From IMG/VR virus record IMGVR_UViG_3300045988_115476: DNA of 64,000 bases; one strand, given 5' to 3'. The notes beneath the pieces were generated by a model. That model saw nothing but the letters and a program-made list of their open reading frames with translations, was not told where the DNA came from and searched no databases. The stretch's first letter is position 1, and every line of letters begins with the position of its first letter. This document shows, piece after piece, positions 39,797 through 47,308 of the stretch. The position numbers were made by a program, and so were the translations under genes. This DNA comes from a virus.

Positions 39797-40370
39797 TGTC
39801 CTCTTCTGCTAACATTTTCTGCACGTCCTCGGCAAAGGAGGCCCTGGCACCATCCTCAAAGTCCTTGCGGAGATCATCAGCACTCTCCTCCTTTACCTCG
39901 GCAGACATGGCCGCATCAAGTTCCTTCGTCTTCTCAATGAGCCATTCCATACGGCGGTTGGCATACTCAGAAGCCTTGTCAACATCGGTGAAGGCCGTCA
40001 AAGGATAGAGCATGTTGGTGACGGTCATGAAAGACAACGATTCGACAAGCGAACCATAGGTAGTACCCGTCTCGGGATATTCCTCGTCCTCCCGGCCAAC
40101 AGAGCTTTTCTTCAACTCAACAAGGTTGCAAAGCCAGGAATACAAAGAGGTACTACGGCTTTGGGCCGCAGTCGGGTCATAACACCAAGCCTTGCAGCGA
40201 ACCTCAAATCCCATAGAATTGCGGAAGATTGCGCCATCCTTAAGAATAAGGACAACAAACGATTCAAAATCGGCGGCATCCACCAATTTGTCCTCGTCAA
40301 CGCAATCAAGAACAGAGAGGATATGCGGCGGCCAACGCTCTTCGTTCTTTTCTTTTTCTGTTTTTTCCAT
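39789..40370 (-). CDS. hypothetical acidic protein (193 aa)
   Basis: ORF in the leftward early cluster. Confidence 0.5.
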   Translation of the reverse strand: MEKTEKEKNEERWPPHILSVLDCVDEDKLVDAADFESFVVLILKDGAIFRNSMGFEVRCKAWCYDPTAAQSRSTSLYSWLCNLVELKKSSVGREDEEYPETGTTYGSLVESLSFMTVTNMLYPLTAFTDVDKASEYANRRMEWLIEKTKELDAAMSAEVKEESADDLRKDFEDGARASFAEDVQKMLAEEDNG

Positions 40371-40401
40371 AATCTATTTTATAAGTTAAGTGGTAATCAT
40401 A

Positions 40402-40860
40402 CTACAACGAAAGACGACGGCCATACTCGGCTATCAGCAAGGCGTCACAGGTGGCAAGCGTGATCTTACGGCCAAGGGACGGAAACAACTGCTGGGCCTT
40501 GCCCTTCAAACGATTCTTCCATTCCGTCTTGCCATACTTGCCACTACTGCCAAGCTGAAAGGACTTCTCCCACTTGTTAGGGGTCACGTCGCTCGTGGGA
40601 ATACCAAGGGCCAACAACGCCATCTGCAAATGGCCGTAACCCTTGCCGAAATTGAACATGGCACTACCGCCATTGCCGGGCATGCCTCCTACCCTCTCCA
40701 AAACGCAGAAACTATCATCCTTGTGCCTGGAAAGGAAGTCCAGCAGGTCCATGGGGGTTGCGGGCATCTTTGCTACCTCAACAACAGAACCATCGGCGGA
40801 CAAAACGGCAATTCCACCATGGACGCCAGGGTCAATACCTATGTACTTTTTCATATACAC
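40402..40860 (-). CDS. RuvC-like Holliday junction resolvase
   Basis: KYIGIDPGVHGGIAVL near the N-terminus and a C-terminal CDALLIAEYGRR. Confidence 0.7.
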   Translation of the reverse strand: MYMKKYIGIDPGVHGGIAVLSADGSVVEVAKMPATPMDLLDFLSRHKDDSFCVLERVGGMPGNGGSAMFNFGKGYGHLQMALLALGIPTSDVTPNKWEKSFQLGSSGKYGKTEWKNRLKGKAQQLFPSLGRKITLATCDALLIAEYGRRLSL

Positions 40861-41375
40861 TATATTTTATCAGATTCAAATTCTGAGCAGGATTCACCCT
40901 CTTCGTCGCTGGTTTCGTCTGACTTTTCTATAAACAAACTGCAAGCCTCTTCATAAGGCCCAACCTCTGTGTATAAATCCTGCATGATACAATACGGGAA
41001 TCCGTCATCATGTAAAAACTCGCAGTGCTTACAAATCCTTCGTTCAATCTCAATGATAGTCAAAACAGCATAGTTGGCAAGGTCGTAGAGACTATCCAAC
41101 ATACTCTCGCCACCAACCTTGTGCTCACGGTCAGACAAAGTGTTAGCACGACGCAACTTCTCCTGCATGTGAATGTAACTATACGGAAAGCCCATCTCAG
41201 CATACAATTTGCGGAAACTATTGCCATAGTCCGCATTCTTTGCGGCAAAGAGGTCTAACATCTTTTTCGTGACCTCACGAAAATGTTCCGTGTCGCTATC
41301 ACAACCGGAAGAACTGACACCAAAGGCTTTTTTGGTGAAAGTCGCTAAATTGTCTGAAACAGAATTTTTATCCAT
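40860..41375 (-). CDS. DUF1599/MazG-like nucleotide-binding protein (tentative)
   Basis: AAKNADYGNSFRK...LDSLYDLANYAVLTIIE plus a C-terminal Cys cluster. Confidence 0.35.
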   Translation of the reverse strand: MDKNSVSDNLATFTKKAFGVSSSGCDSDTEHFREVTKKMLDLFAAKNADYGNSFRKLYAEMGFPYSYIHMQEKLRRANTLSDREHKVGGESMLDSLYDLANYAVLTIIEIERRICKHCEFLHDDGFPYCIMQDLYTEVGPYEEACSLFIEKSDETSDEEGESCSEFESDKI

Positions 41376-41380
41376 ATTAT

Positions 41381-42487
41381 TCAGTCTTTTTTTCTACTTT
41401 TTGCAACCTTAGAAGAAGAACGCTTCGTGCTATTCTTCGTCTTTGAACCCTTGGGACGGCCACGGGGTCTGCGGGGGGCATTCGCACGCTCGGCAGCTGC
41501 CTCCCTACGAGCCCTCATAGACTTGTCGCGCTCAAGAATCTTTTTCTGAGAAGCACTCGCGCTATCGGCTATCCCAATGGTCTCAACATCCTCAACCTCG
41601 CCATACTCATTGATGCACTGATTGCCATTGAGCAATTTGTCATAGCCTAAATTCTTGCGGGTAAACTTGCGCTTGGAAAGAAGACGCTGCTCATGACGGT
41701 ATTCCTCAGAAATACGACGAATCTTATCTATGTCTAAAGAAGGAGCATCAAACTCACCCGCAACGCTAACAACACCCGGATTCATAGCGGCAGCATCACG
41801 GGCCTCCATCTCCCTATGCAACTCGTCGGCAACAGACAACTCAGAATCGTCACACGACGCCTCAATGGACTGGGCAGCACGGTTGGCCGCTACCTCGTCC
41901 TCATGGGCACGGACAAAGGCATCAATCTCATCCCTGGAGACACAAGAGCTCTTCATGCGGGACAACTCGCGCTGAAACTCCATCTCCTGCAAGTCCTCAC
42001 GACGCGTACCGTCAAGGTCACTGCCCTCAAACTGAGCATTGCTGCGAAGGTCACTATCACAACTCAACAACTGACGACGAATACCCTCATCAATAAGGGC
42101 CATATCCACCTCAGCATCGGACATCTCTGCAACAGAAGAAGAATCTCCCGCATATTCAGCTAACTCGCGAGACAACAAACGACGCTTCTCCGCATAGCCA
42201 ACACGAGGAAAGAAACGAGCCTCATCCAAGTACATATAAGGATGGATGCTGATAACAGTATCAACAATGCCTAAGCCACTACCGCAATCCTTCACAATGC
42301 GCAACAAACCGTCACCACCACGACGATAGATACAGTAGCACTCCTCCAACGTGCTCTTGCGGACAAGAACAACCGCCATGAACCAAAATGGATCACGACC
42401 ATCTACATACAAACGAGGCAAACCATGAGACTGCAATGACGCATACTCCAATGCACGGTTCAAAGATTGTACCTTCAAACTTATCAT
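41381..42487 (-). CDS. hypothetical protein with a basic AT-hook-like tail
   Basis: ATG 42487 shares one base with the upstream stop. C-terminus has PRRPRGRPKGSKTK. Confidence 0.5.
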   Translation of the reverse strand: MISLKVQSLNRALEYASLQSHGLPRLYVDGRDPFWFMAVVLVRKSTLEECYCIYRRGGDGLLRIVKDCGSGLGIVDTVISIHPYMYLDEARFFPRVGYAEKRRLLSRELAEYAGDSSSVAEMSDAEVDMALIDEGIRRQLLSCDSDLRSNAQFEGSDLDGTRREDLQEMEFQRELSRMKSSCVSRDEIDAFVRAHEDEVAANRAAQSIEASCDDSELSVADELHREMEARDAAAMNPGVVSVAGEFDAPSLDIDKIRRISEEYRHEQRLLSKRKFTRKNLGYDKLLNGNQCINEYGEVEDVETIGIADSASASQKKILERDKSMRARREAAAERANAPRRPRGRPKGSKTKNSTKRSSSKVAKSRKKD

Positions 42488-43047
42488 CACAACACCTCCT
42501 TTCCACCATGAAGCAACCAAGAGGAAATCGTCTTGTCACCCAAAGGAAACGTCTTGCCAAAGACATTCTCAAACTTCACAGAACATTGCAAATAGGGAAT
42601 GCCATCAATCACGTCCTTGCTCGGCTCAACAGCATCCTTTACATAAAACAAGGCCAAACGCTGACGATAATCATCACGCCATAACAACAAAGCACCCTCC
42701 AAAAAATCAAAGAAACGATGCCAGTTGCTCTCAGCGGACAAAATAACCGAAGACAACGTAGCATCCTCGGGAAAAGACAAAGAAGGGTCATAGCCAAAAC
42801 TATAGACCTCCAAAGTGGAAGATATGGGAGAATTAACAGGCTTCGAAGACACAAAGACACGAGAAGACGTGCCGTCAGAATAGTCCTCAACGTAAACGCC
42901 AGACTGCTGACCACGACTGTTCATGCCAGATAAGGACTTGTAACGGAGAAAACCAAAATCGTCCTCCAAACTGCGCTCTGAACCATCAGGAACATAAATG
43001 CCCTGACTGTCACGAATGTAACGACGGATGAAAAATTTGCCTCCCAT
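42487..43047 (-). CDS. hypothetical protein (186 aa), first gene of the leftward early cluster
   Basis: ORF adjacent to the gene-free control region. Confidence 0.5.
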   Translation of the reverse strand: MGGKFFIRRYIRDSQGIYVPDGSERSLEDDFGFLRYKSLSGMNSRGQQSGVYVEDYSDGTSSRVFVSSKPVNSPISSTLEVYSFGYDPSLSFPEDATLSSVILSAESNWHRFFDFLEGALLLWRDDYRQRLALFYVKDAVEPSKDVIDGIPYLQCSVKFENVFGKTFPLGDKTISSWLLHGGKEVL

Positions 43048-43585
43048 AAAACCAATTCTTTATACTTTTACAGCCGCAAAAGTAAAAAACATTTCCGACA
43101 TGACCAAAAGAAATATAAACAAATGTCCAAAAACAAAGATTTTTACAACAAAACACACAAACGCAACAAAACAAGGATTCATGCCTAAATCACAACTTTT
43201 CAACCCGTGTAAACCTTTTTCATCTACGTATTTCATACACAAAAAACGCATACAAAAGCATATTTTCCGAAATTCATACTGACACACACAACAACACACA
43301 AAAATAACTTCGACAAAAACAACAAAAACCATAGACAACCGCATTCATGAATAACACCAAATCATAAAACAACAATTTACACCCGTTAACACTCTTGGTG
43401 AAAAAAAATAAAAAAATTTTCGGAAAAGAGCGGACTAACGAGCGAGAGAGAGGAAGCGGGGGGGGTGGGTATGGCTTTTGCCCTGGAGGCCGCAAACAGG
43501 GGAGGCCATGGAGGCTTTTTGCTGGATCAAAAGCACAAAAAGCATATTGTTTGCGTGCAAAACATACCTTTCCCCGCAAATTCGG

Positions 43586-43618
43586 GCCAAAAATAGCCAA
43601 AAATAGCCGAAAATAGCC
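43586..43618 (-). promoter_or_regulatory. three tandem 10-11 bp repeats, each a -7-box-like element on the minus strand
   Basis: Plus strand reads CCAAAAATAGCC AAAAATAGCC GAAAATAGCC. The minus strand reads GGCTATTTTTGG twice and GGCTATTTTCGG once. Confidence 0.45.
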
Positions 43619-43824
43619 GCATTCATGTTTGCCAGTGGAAGGAGTGGCCGCCGTGAGATCTAACCACCTGAAAGCAGGAGGAAGGCGGGCAGCGTGACGG
43701 CCTGAGAGGAAAATACAGAAAGTTTTTGCGTTAACGTTTGTTGGTTACGAATTGTTTCAAAACCTTAAAACACATTTTACCCCTTTTCTTTCTTATAGTT
43801 TCGCGCATGAAACATTAGATACTA

Positions 43825-43860
43825 CAAAATTGCACATTTTGCCGTTTTTGTGCAAAATTT
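43825..43860. promoter_or_regulatory. operator-like dyad (copy 1)
   Basis: CAAAATTGCACA, a 12-nt spacer, then TGTGCAAAATTT. The same 12-mer and spacing recur at 62164-62197. Confidence 0.4.
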
Positions 43861-43975
43861 GGTATATGGAGGCATTTTGTATCTTTATTCTTATGCTTTT
43901 GTAAAGTTTGGCGAAAACATGCCCGTTTTTTAAAAGAAAATCACGGAAATATTTGGCAGAGTGTGAAAATAGTCG

Positions 43976-44100
43976 TACCTTTGCAAGCGTGATAAGGGAG
44001 GTAAAACTTCCGTTACAAGTCAGGCGCTTTTTGTGCCTGGTCGTTCTTTGAATAGGTGTAAAATAAAAATCCCGCTTCTGGTTGCAGCCAGAAGCGGGAC
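43976..44100 (+). ncRNA. candidate small RNA from a rightward promoter to a shared hairpin
   Basis: -7 box TACCTTTG at 43976-43983 with no ATG downstream. Has an internal hairpin CAGGC...GCCTG and ends at the 11-bp stem 44071-44098. Confidence 0.3.
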
Positions 44101-44149
44101 GGTTAAGCTACTTAAAGCCGTTAACCTTAAAAGAGGTCCGGCAAAGGTA
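44060..44149 (-). ncRNA. candidate convergent small RNA sharing the same hairpin as a terminator
   Basis: Minus-strand -7 box TACCTTTG (plus strand CAAAGGTA, 44142-44149). The hairpin 44098-44071 is followed on the minus strand by ATTTTTATTTT. Confidence 0.3.
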
Positions 44150-44317
44150 GCAATTTTCTAAAACTCGCGCAAATTTTTTTGCATGTTTTTTTAGAAAAGA
44201 TTTTCCCCCTGTTTAAAAGATTCGTTCTTTGGCTTATTGATACAAAAAGATTCAGCAAAGCACGTTTAAGGTTTTGCGGTCCTGGTGGCCTGAATGAGGC
44301 CGCGGGATCGCTTAGAG

Positions 44318-44427
44318 TTTCAGGCGTCAGGATTGAAGACGTTAGGAGAGAAACGGACGATGATTTTTATCTAAATCTATCGAAGTAGTTAAGACAGCTT
44401 CTAACGATTTGAAACTGACGCCTGAAA
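44318..44427. repeat. long imperfect inverted repeat (110 nt)
   Basis: TTTCAGGCGTCAG (44318-44330) is the exact reverse complement of CTGACGCCTGAAA (44415-44427). An inner CGTTAGGAG / CTTCTAACG pairing extends it. Confidence 0.5.
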
Positions 44428-44456
44428 TTTCATCCAAAAGAAAAGAACCAAAAGAA

Positions 44457-44554
44457 AAGTTTATATATATATTATTCTTAAGTTAAGTATATTATATTAT
44501 ATAATTATATTATTATATATACTATATATACGCGTGTGCGCGCCCGCGCGCGCG
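44457..44554. other. about 74 bp of almost pure A/T abutting a 24-bp alternating CG/TG tract (DNA-unwinding-element / Z-DNA-prone junction)
   Basis: ttatatatatattattc...tatatata followed by cgcgtgtgcgcgcccgcgcgcgcg (44531-44554). Confidence 0.45.
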
Positions 44555-44636
44555 AGGAAAGACGAAGTTATATATTTGCTTACAGTTTTTTTGTTGCTTT
44601 TCCCGTGCTTTTTTCCTTTAAGGTTTAAGGCCTGAA

Positions 44637-44655
44637 TTTCGGTTCAAGTCCGGAA
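44637..44655 (+). other. T-arm-like hairpin
   Basis: TTCGG-TTCAAGT-CCGGA. No acceptor partner was found. Confidence 0.25.
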
Positions 44656-44694
44656 GTTGGAACTAATAAAAACACAATTAAAAATATTATCGAT

Positions 44695-44988
44695 ATGGAA
44701 AATATGAATACATGGCGCTTGTCTTTGTATATTGACAATAGCCGCGAAATCTATTCTATTACTGAATCCCTTTCTAATTCTTTGGCAAAGAAAATCAAGA
44801 AGGGCGTTAAACTTAGTGCTGAAACTTTGGCAAACTGCAGCACGATGAAGCGTATTGTTTCGATGGCTGCAAAGATGGTCAAAGAATACGACGGCGCAAC
44901 TGTCAGCACGAAGGAGCGCAAAGAAGCAGCATTAAAGCACGCGGAATATATTATGGAGTGGGCGGAGTATAAAGCTAACGAGAAGTAA
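44695..44988 (+). CDS. hypothetical protein (97 aa)
   Basis: First ORF of the rightward accessory cluster. Confidence 0.5.
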   Translation: MENMNTWRLSLYIDNSREIYSITESLSNSLAKKIKKGVKLSAETLANCSTMKRIVSMAAKMVKEYDGATVSTKERKEAALKHAEYIMEWAEYKANEK

Positions 44989-45000
44989 ATAACAAAAGAT

Positions 45001-45240
45001 ATGAAAAAAATTAACTGGTTCAATTTGAAGGCGGGGAAAGAAATTAGGGTGCAAACTCTGATACAGGCGGGATTTAATTTAGAGGCGGATTTTTTTAGCC
45101 TCAGCAGTTCAAAAACTGGTATTTTGTGCGAGTGCATGAAAGCCGATGGATACAAATACGATTCCCCCCTGGGGCGTTCTCGCTTGCGCTCTTACTGGTA
45201 TAGCTTGCAGCGCGTTTATTCTAAAATGAATAACAACTAA
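45001..45240 (+). CDS. hypothetical protein (79 aa)
   Basis: ORF followed by a strong terminator. Confidence 0.5.
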   Translation: MKKINWFNLKAGKEIRVQTLIQAGFNLEADFFSLSSSKTGILCECMKADGYKYDSPLGRSRLRSYWYSLQRVYSKMNNN

Positions 45241-45244
45241 CACG

Positions 45245-45282
45245 CCTTTAGCCCCTTCCCCCTGGTAGGGGCAAAGGTTTTT
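45245..45282 (+). terminator. intrinsic terminator
   Basis: CCTTT(A)GCCCCT pairs with AGGGGCAAAGG, followed by TTTTT. Confidence 0.6.
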
Positions 45283-45306
45283 ACCAACAATCAAATATAA
45301 CACGAT

Positions 45307-45483
45307 ATGAAAAAGCATTTAAAAGATATAATGGTGTCATTATTGATAGTGTTTATCTTGGTATCAATCGTTTTGCAATTAGTCGGCCTTATTATAGGTG
45401 ATTTCCTAACCTGTGGTATTGGCCTTATATTCTTTGGCTTTGCGCCTGGTTTTGCAATTCCTATTTTGTTTAAGTGGGTGTAA
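45307..45483 (+). CDS. small hydrophobic protein (58 aa, two transmembrane helices)
   Basis: MKKHLKDIMVSLLIVFILVSIVLQLVGLIIGDFLTCGIGLIFFGFAPGFAIPILFKWV. Below the ORF-track cutoff. Confidence 0.4.
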   Translation: MKKHLKDIMVSLLIVFILVSIVLQLVGLIIGDFLTCGIGLIFFGFAPGFAIPILFKWV

Positions 45484-45484
45484 T

Positions 45485-45577
45485 ATGAACATGACGGGAT
45501 TTATTTTAACGGCGCTTGCCTTCTATGTTATTGGGGTAGCTGTTGGCCGTAATTGGGACGAGTTTGCAAATGAGTGA
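45485..45577 (+). CDS. 30-aa single-transmembrane peptide
   Basis: MNMTGFILTALAFYVIGVAVGRNWDEFANE, starting 1 nt after the previous stop. Confidence 0.3.
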   Translation: MNMTGFILTALAFYVIGVAVGRNWDEFANE

Positions 45578-45707
45578 TTACTAACCAGCCGCCGGGGGTT
45601 AACCTGGTGGCACAAATAGCCCTATTTAGGGCTCCAGGCGCGACGGATAGGCCGTTAACGGGTGATCGTTCCACCCCGCGCCACAATAACCAATAAAACA
45701 AAAGAAA

Positions 45708-45935
45708 ATGGAAACAATAATTATTTATGAGGTGCCAGGGCTCAAAGTGTCTTCCAAAATGCGAAAAGGTATTGCGAAGTTAGAACGAAAGTTCGGGAAA
45801 CTCAATAAGCGGTTTTTTATTGAGCGTAACGAGGGGGAACGTGTTGGCCGTGGCTTCTATGATGGGTGCAAGCTAACATGTAGTATTATTCAAAGTTTAG
45901 ATTTCGTCGTCGCACATGATGGCACGAGAAGTTAA
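45708..45935 (+). CDS. hypothetical protein (75 aa)
   Basis: ORF preceded by a structured GC-rich leader (45596-45700). Confidence 0.45.
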   Translation: METIIIYEVPGLKVSSKMRKGIAKLERKFGKLNKRFFIERNEGERVGRGFYDGCKLTCSIIQSLDFVVAHDGTRS

Positions 45936-45961
45936 CCAAGTAGCCGCCGGCCTTCCTGGTT

Positions 45962-46189
45962 ATGTGGCTATCTAAATACTTTAGACTTATGAAATATCAA
46001 ACTTTGCAAAATACCTGTTGCGCCGTCTTTAAACTGCTCGGGGGCTGTTGGCTCCTATCTGGTGGCGTGGTGGGCCGTGATGCTTTCAGGAACGCCGAAA
46101 GCGGCGCGGTGCTTTATGTTTTCAGTAACGAATACATAAAGGGATACGGGAACGAGAAGTACGGAAAAATACTTTGCCCGTCGTGTTAA
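45962..46189 (+). CDS. hypothetical protein (75 aa)
   Basis: ORF followed by a long hairpin (TATCTTTTCC / GGAAAAGATA). Confidence 0.4.
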   Translation: MWLSKYFRLMKYQTLQNTCCAVFKLLGGCWLLSGGVVGRDAFRNAESGAVLYVFSNEYIKGYGNEKYGKILCPSC

Positions 46190-46575
46190 TTTGAGTGGTA
46201 ATAATTGATTGTGCGCCTTTATCTTTTCCTATTGGTGTACTTTACCAAGTGGGAAAAGATAGGGCTATATAGAGTAAATAAACGGCTAAATTTATAAAGA
46301 TATGTTTTACCAGCAAGTAACAAATAACAAATGGTTTTCATTTTGGGTAAACTGGTACAATAAACACGGATGGAAAACCGAAAGCAAAAACGAAAAAAAA
46401 GCAGTTGTTAGTAAGAATTGTAAAGGTATTAAAATATACACTACGTTATATATACACTAATTATAGATAGGAAGGTATGAATATTGCTTAAAAGTTACTA
46501 TTGCCGTGTGTGGTTAACGTCCACCTCCTGGCCCGTGACCAGGCACGGCACAAATTAAAGATAGGAGTAAAGAAC

Positions 46576-46980
46576 ATGAAAAAGTACAAAGTTATTATCA
46601 CGTCTGCAAAAGACGTAAAGCTGTTAAACGACAAAATATCTATAGATAGTTTGTTTACAGTTGGCGAAACAATAAACAACAATCTTTTGCATGTTGGTGT
46701 CAACGTGGCAACTGATAAGCGCGTTATTGATGGTATGAAGGAGTTAGCGCATAAGCGCGGATATTGCACTAATAAAGACTGGATGACGTTTGATGATGAT
46801 TTGTGCGGCCACAAATACGCCGTGTGCTGTAAGCACAAAAATATTGCTTCTAAGCAGTATATTGTGAATGAATGCGAATGCCTGGAAGACGCAACAAACG
46901 ACTTGAACAAGTGGCGACACTCTGGTACAGATTACTCTTACTACATATTAGATACTGATAACAATAAAATACTGAATTGA
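46576..46980 (+). CDS. hypothetical Cys-rich protein (134 aa from ATG 46576)
   Basis: The MKKYKVII start lies after a three-way-junction-like leader (46502-46549). Confidence 0.5.
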   Translation: MKKYKVIITSAKDVKLLNDKISIDSLFTVGETINNNLLHVGVNVATDKRVIDGMKELAHKRGYCTNKDWMTFDDDLCGHKYAVCCKHKNIASKQYIVNECECLEDATNDLNKWRHSGTDYSYYILDTDNNKILN

Positions 46981-46984
46981 GATC

Positions 46985-47227
46985 ATGTTAGCAACAGACA
47001 AACAAATAAACTACCTTTGCAAATTAGCCAACAAGATAGAACTGATAAAGAATATCAATAAGGAAAAGAAGGCTATATTAGTACCGCTTCCAAATTACAT
47101 TGATTGGCAAGAGGAGCGCCATTTGGGCGTCACGGTTACTGATGCGAGTGTGCGTATTCAAGCATACAAAAAAATAATTCGTGCTTGCAATTTCACTTTT
47201 TTGTTGTGTAACATTCCGCAAATATAA
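46985..47227 (+). CDS. hypothetical protein (80 aa)
   Basis: ORF 4 nt after the previous stop. Confidence 0.45.
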   Translation: MLATDKQINYLCKLANKIELIKNINKEKKAILVPLPNYIDWQEERHLGVTVTDASVRIQAYKKIIRACNFTFLLCNIPQI

Positions 47228-47237
47228 TGGTATTACA

Positions 47238-47286
47238 GGCGTTATTGGTCCGGCAATCTTTGGCGGGTTCGATTCCCGCAACGTCA
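47238..47286 (+). other. truncated tRNA-like element (acceptor-like stem plus canonical T-arm, no D or anticodon arms)
   Basis: GGCGTT (47238-47243) pairs with AACGTC (47280-47285). The T-arm is GCGGG-TTCGATT-CCCGC (47263-47279). Confidence 0.35.
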
Positions 47287-47308
47287 CAAATTTTAAAAAG
47301 TTCATGTT

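Noticed and set aside
43274-43626. ORFs 43274-43600 (-), 43395-43616 (+) and 43435-43626 (-) in the central intergenic region, and ORF 44179-44388 (+).
   Set aside because: They overlap one another across repeat and low-complexity DNA, start at non-ATG or context-poor codons, and have no motif support. The region is treated as regulatory.
47238-47286. Calling the T-arm-containing elements (47238-47286, 56052-56079, 63841-63885 and 44637-44655) as tRNA genes.
   Set aside because: None has a matching 7-bp acceptor stem together with D and anticodon arms. They are reported only as tRNA-like fragments.
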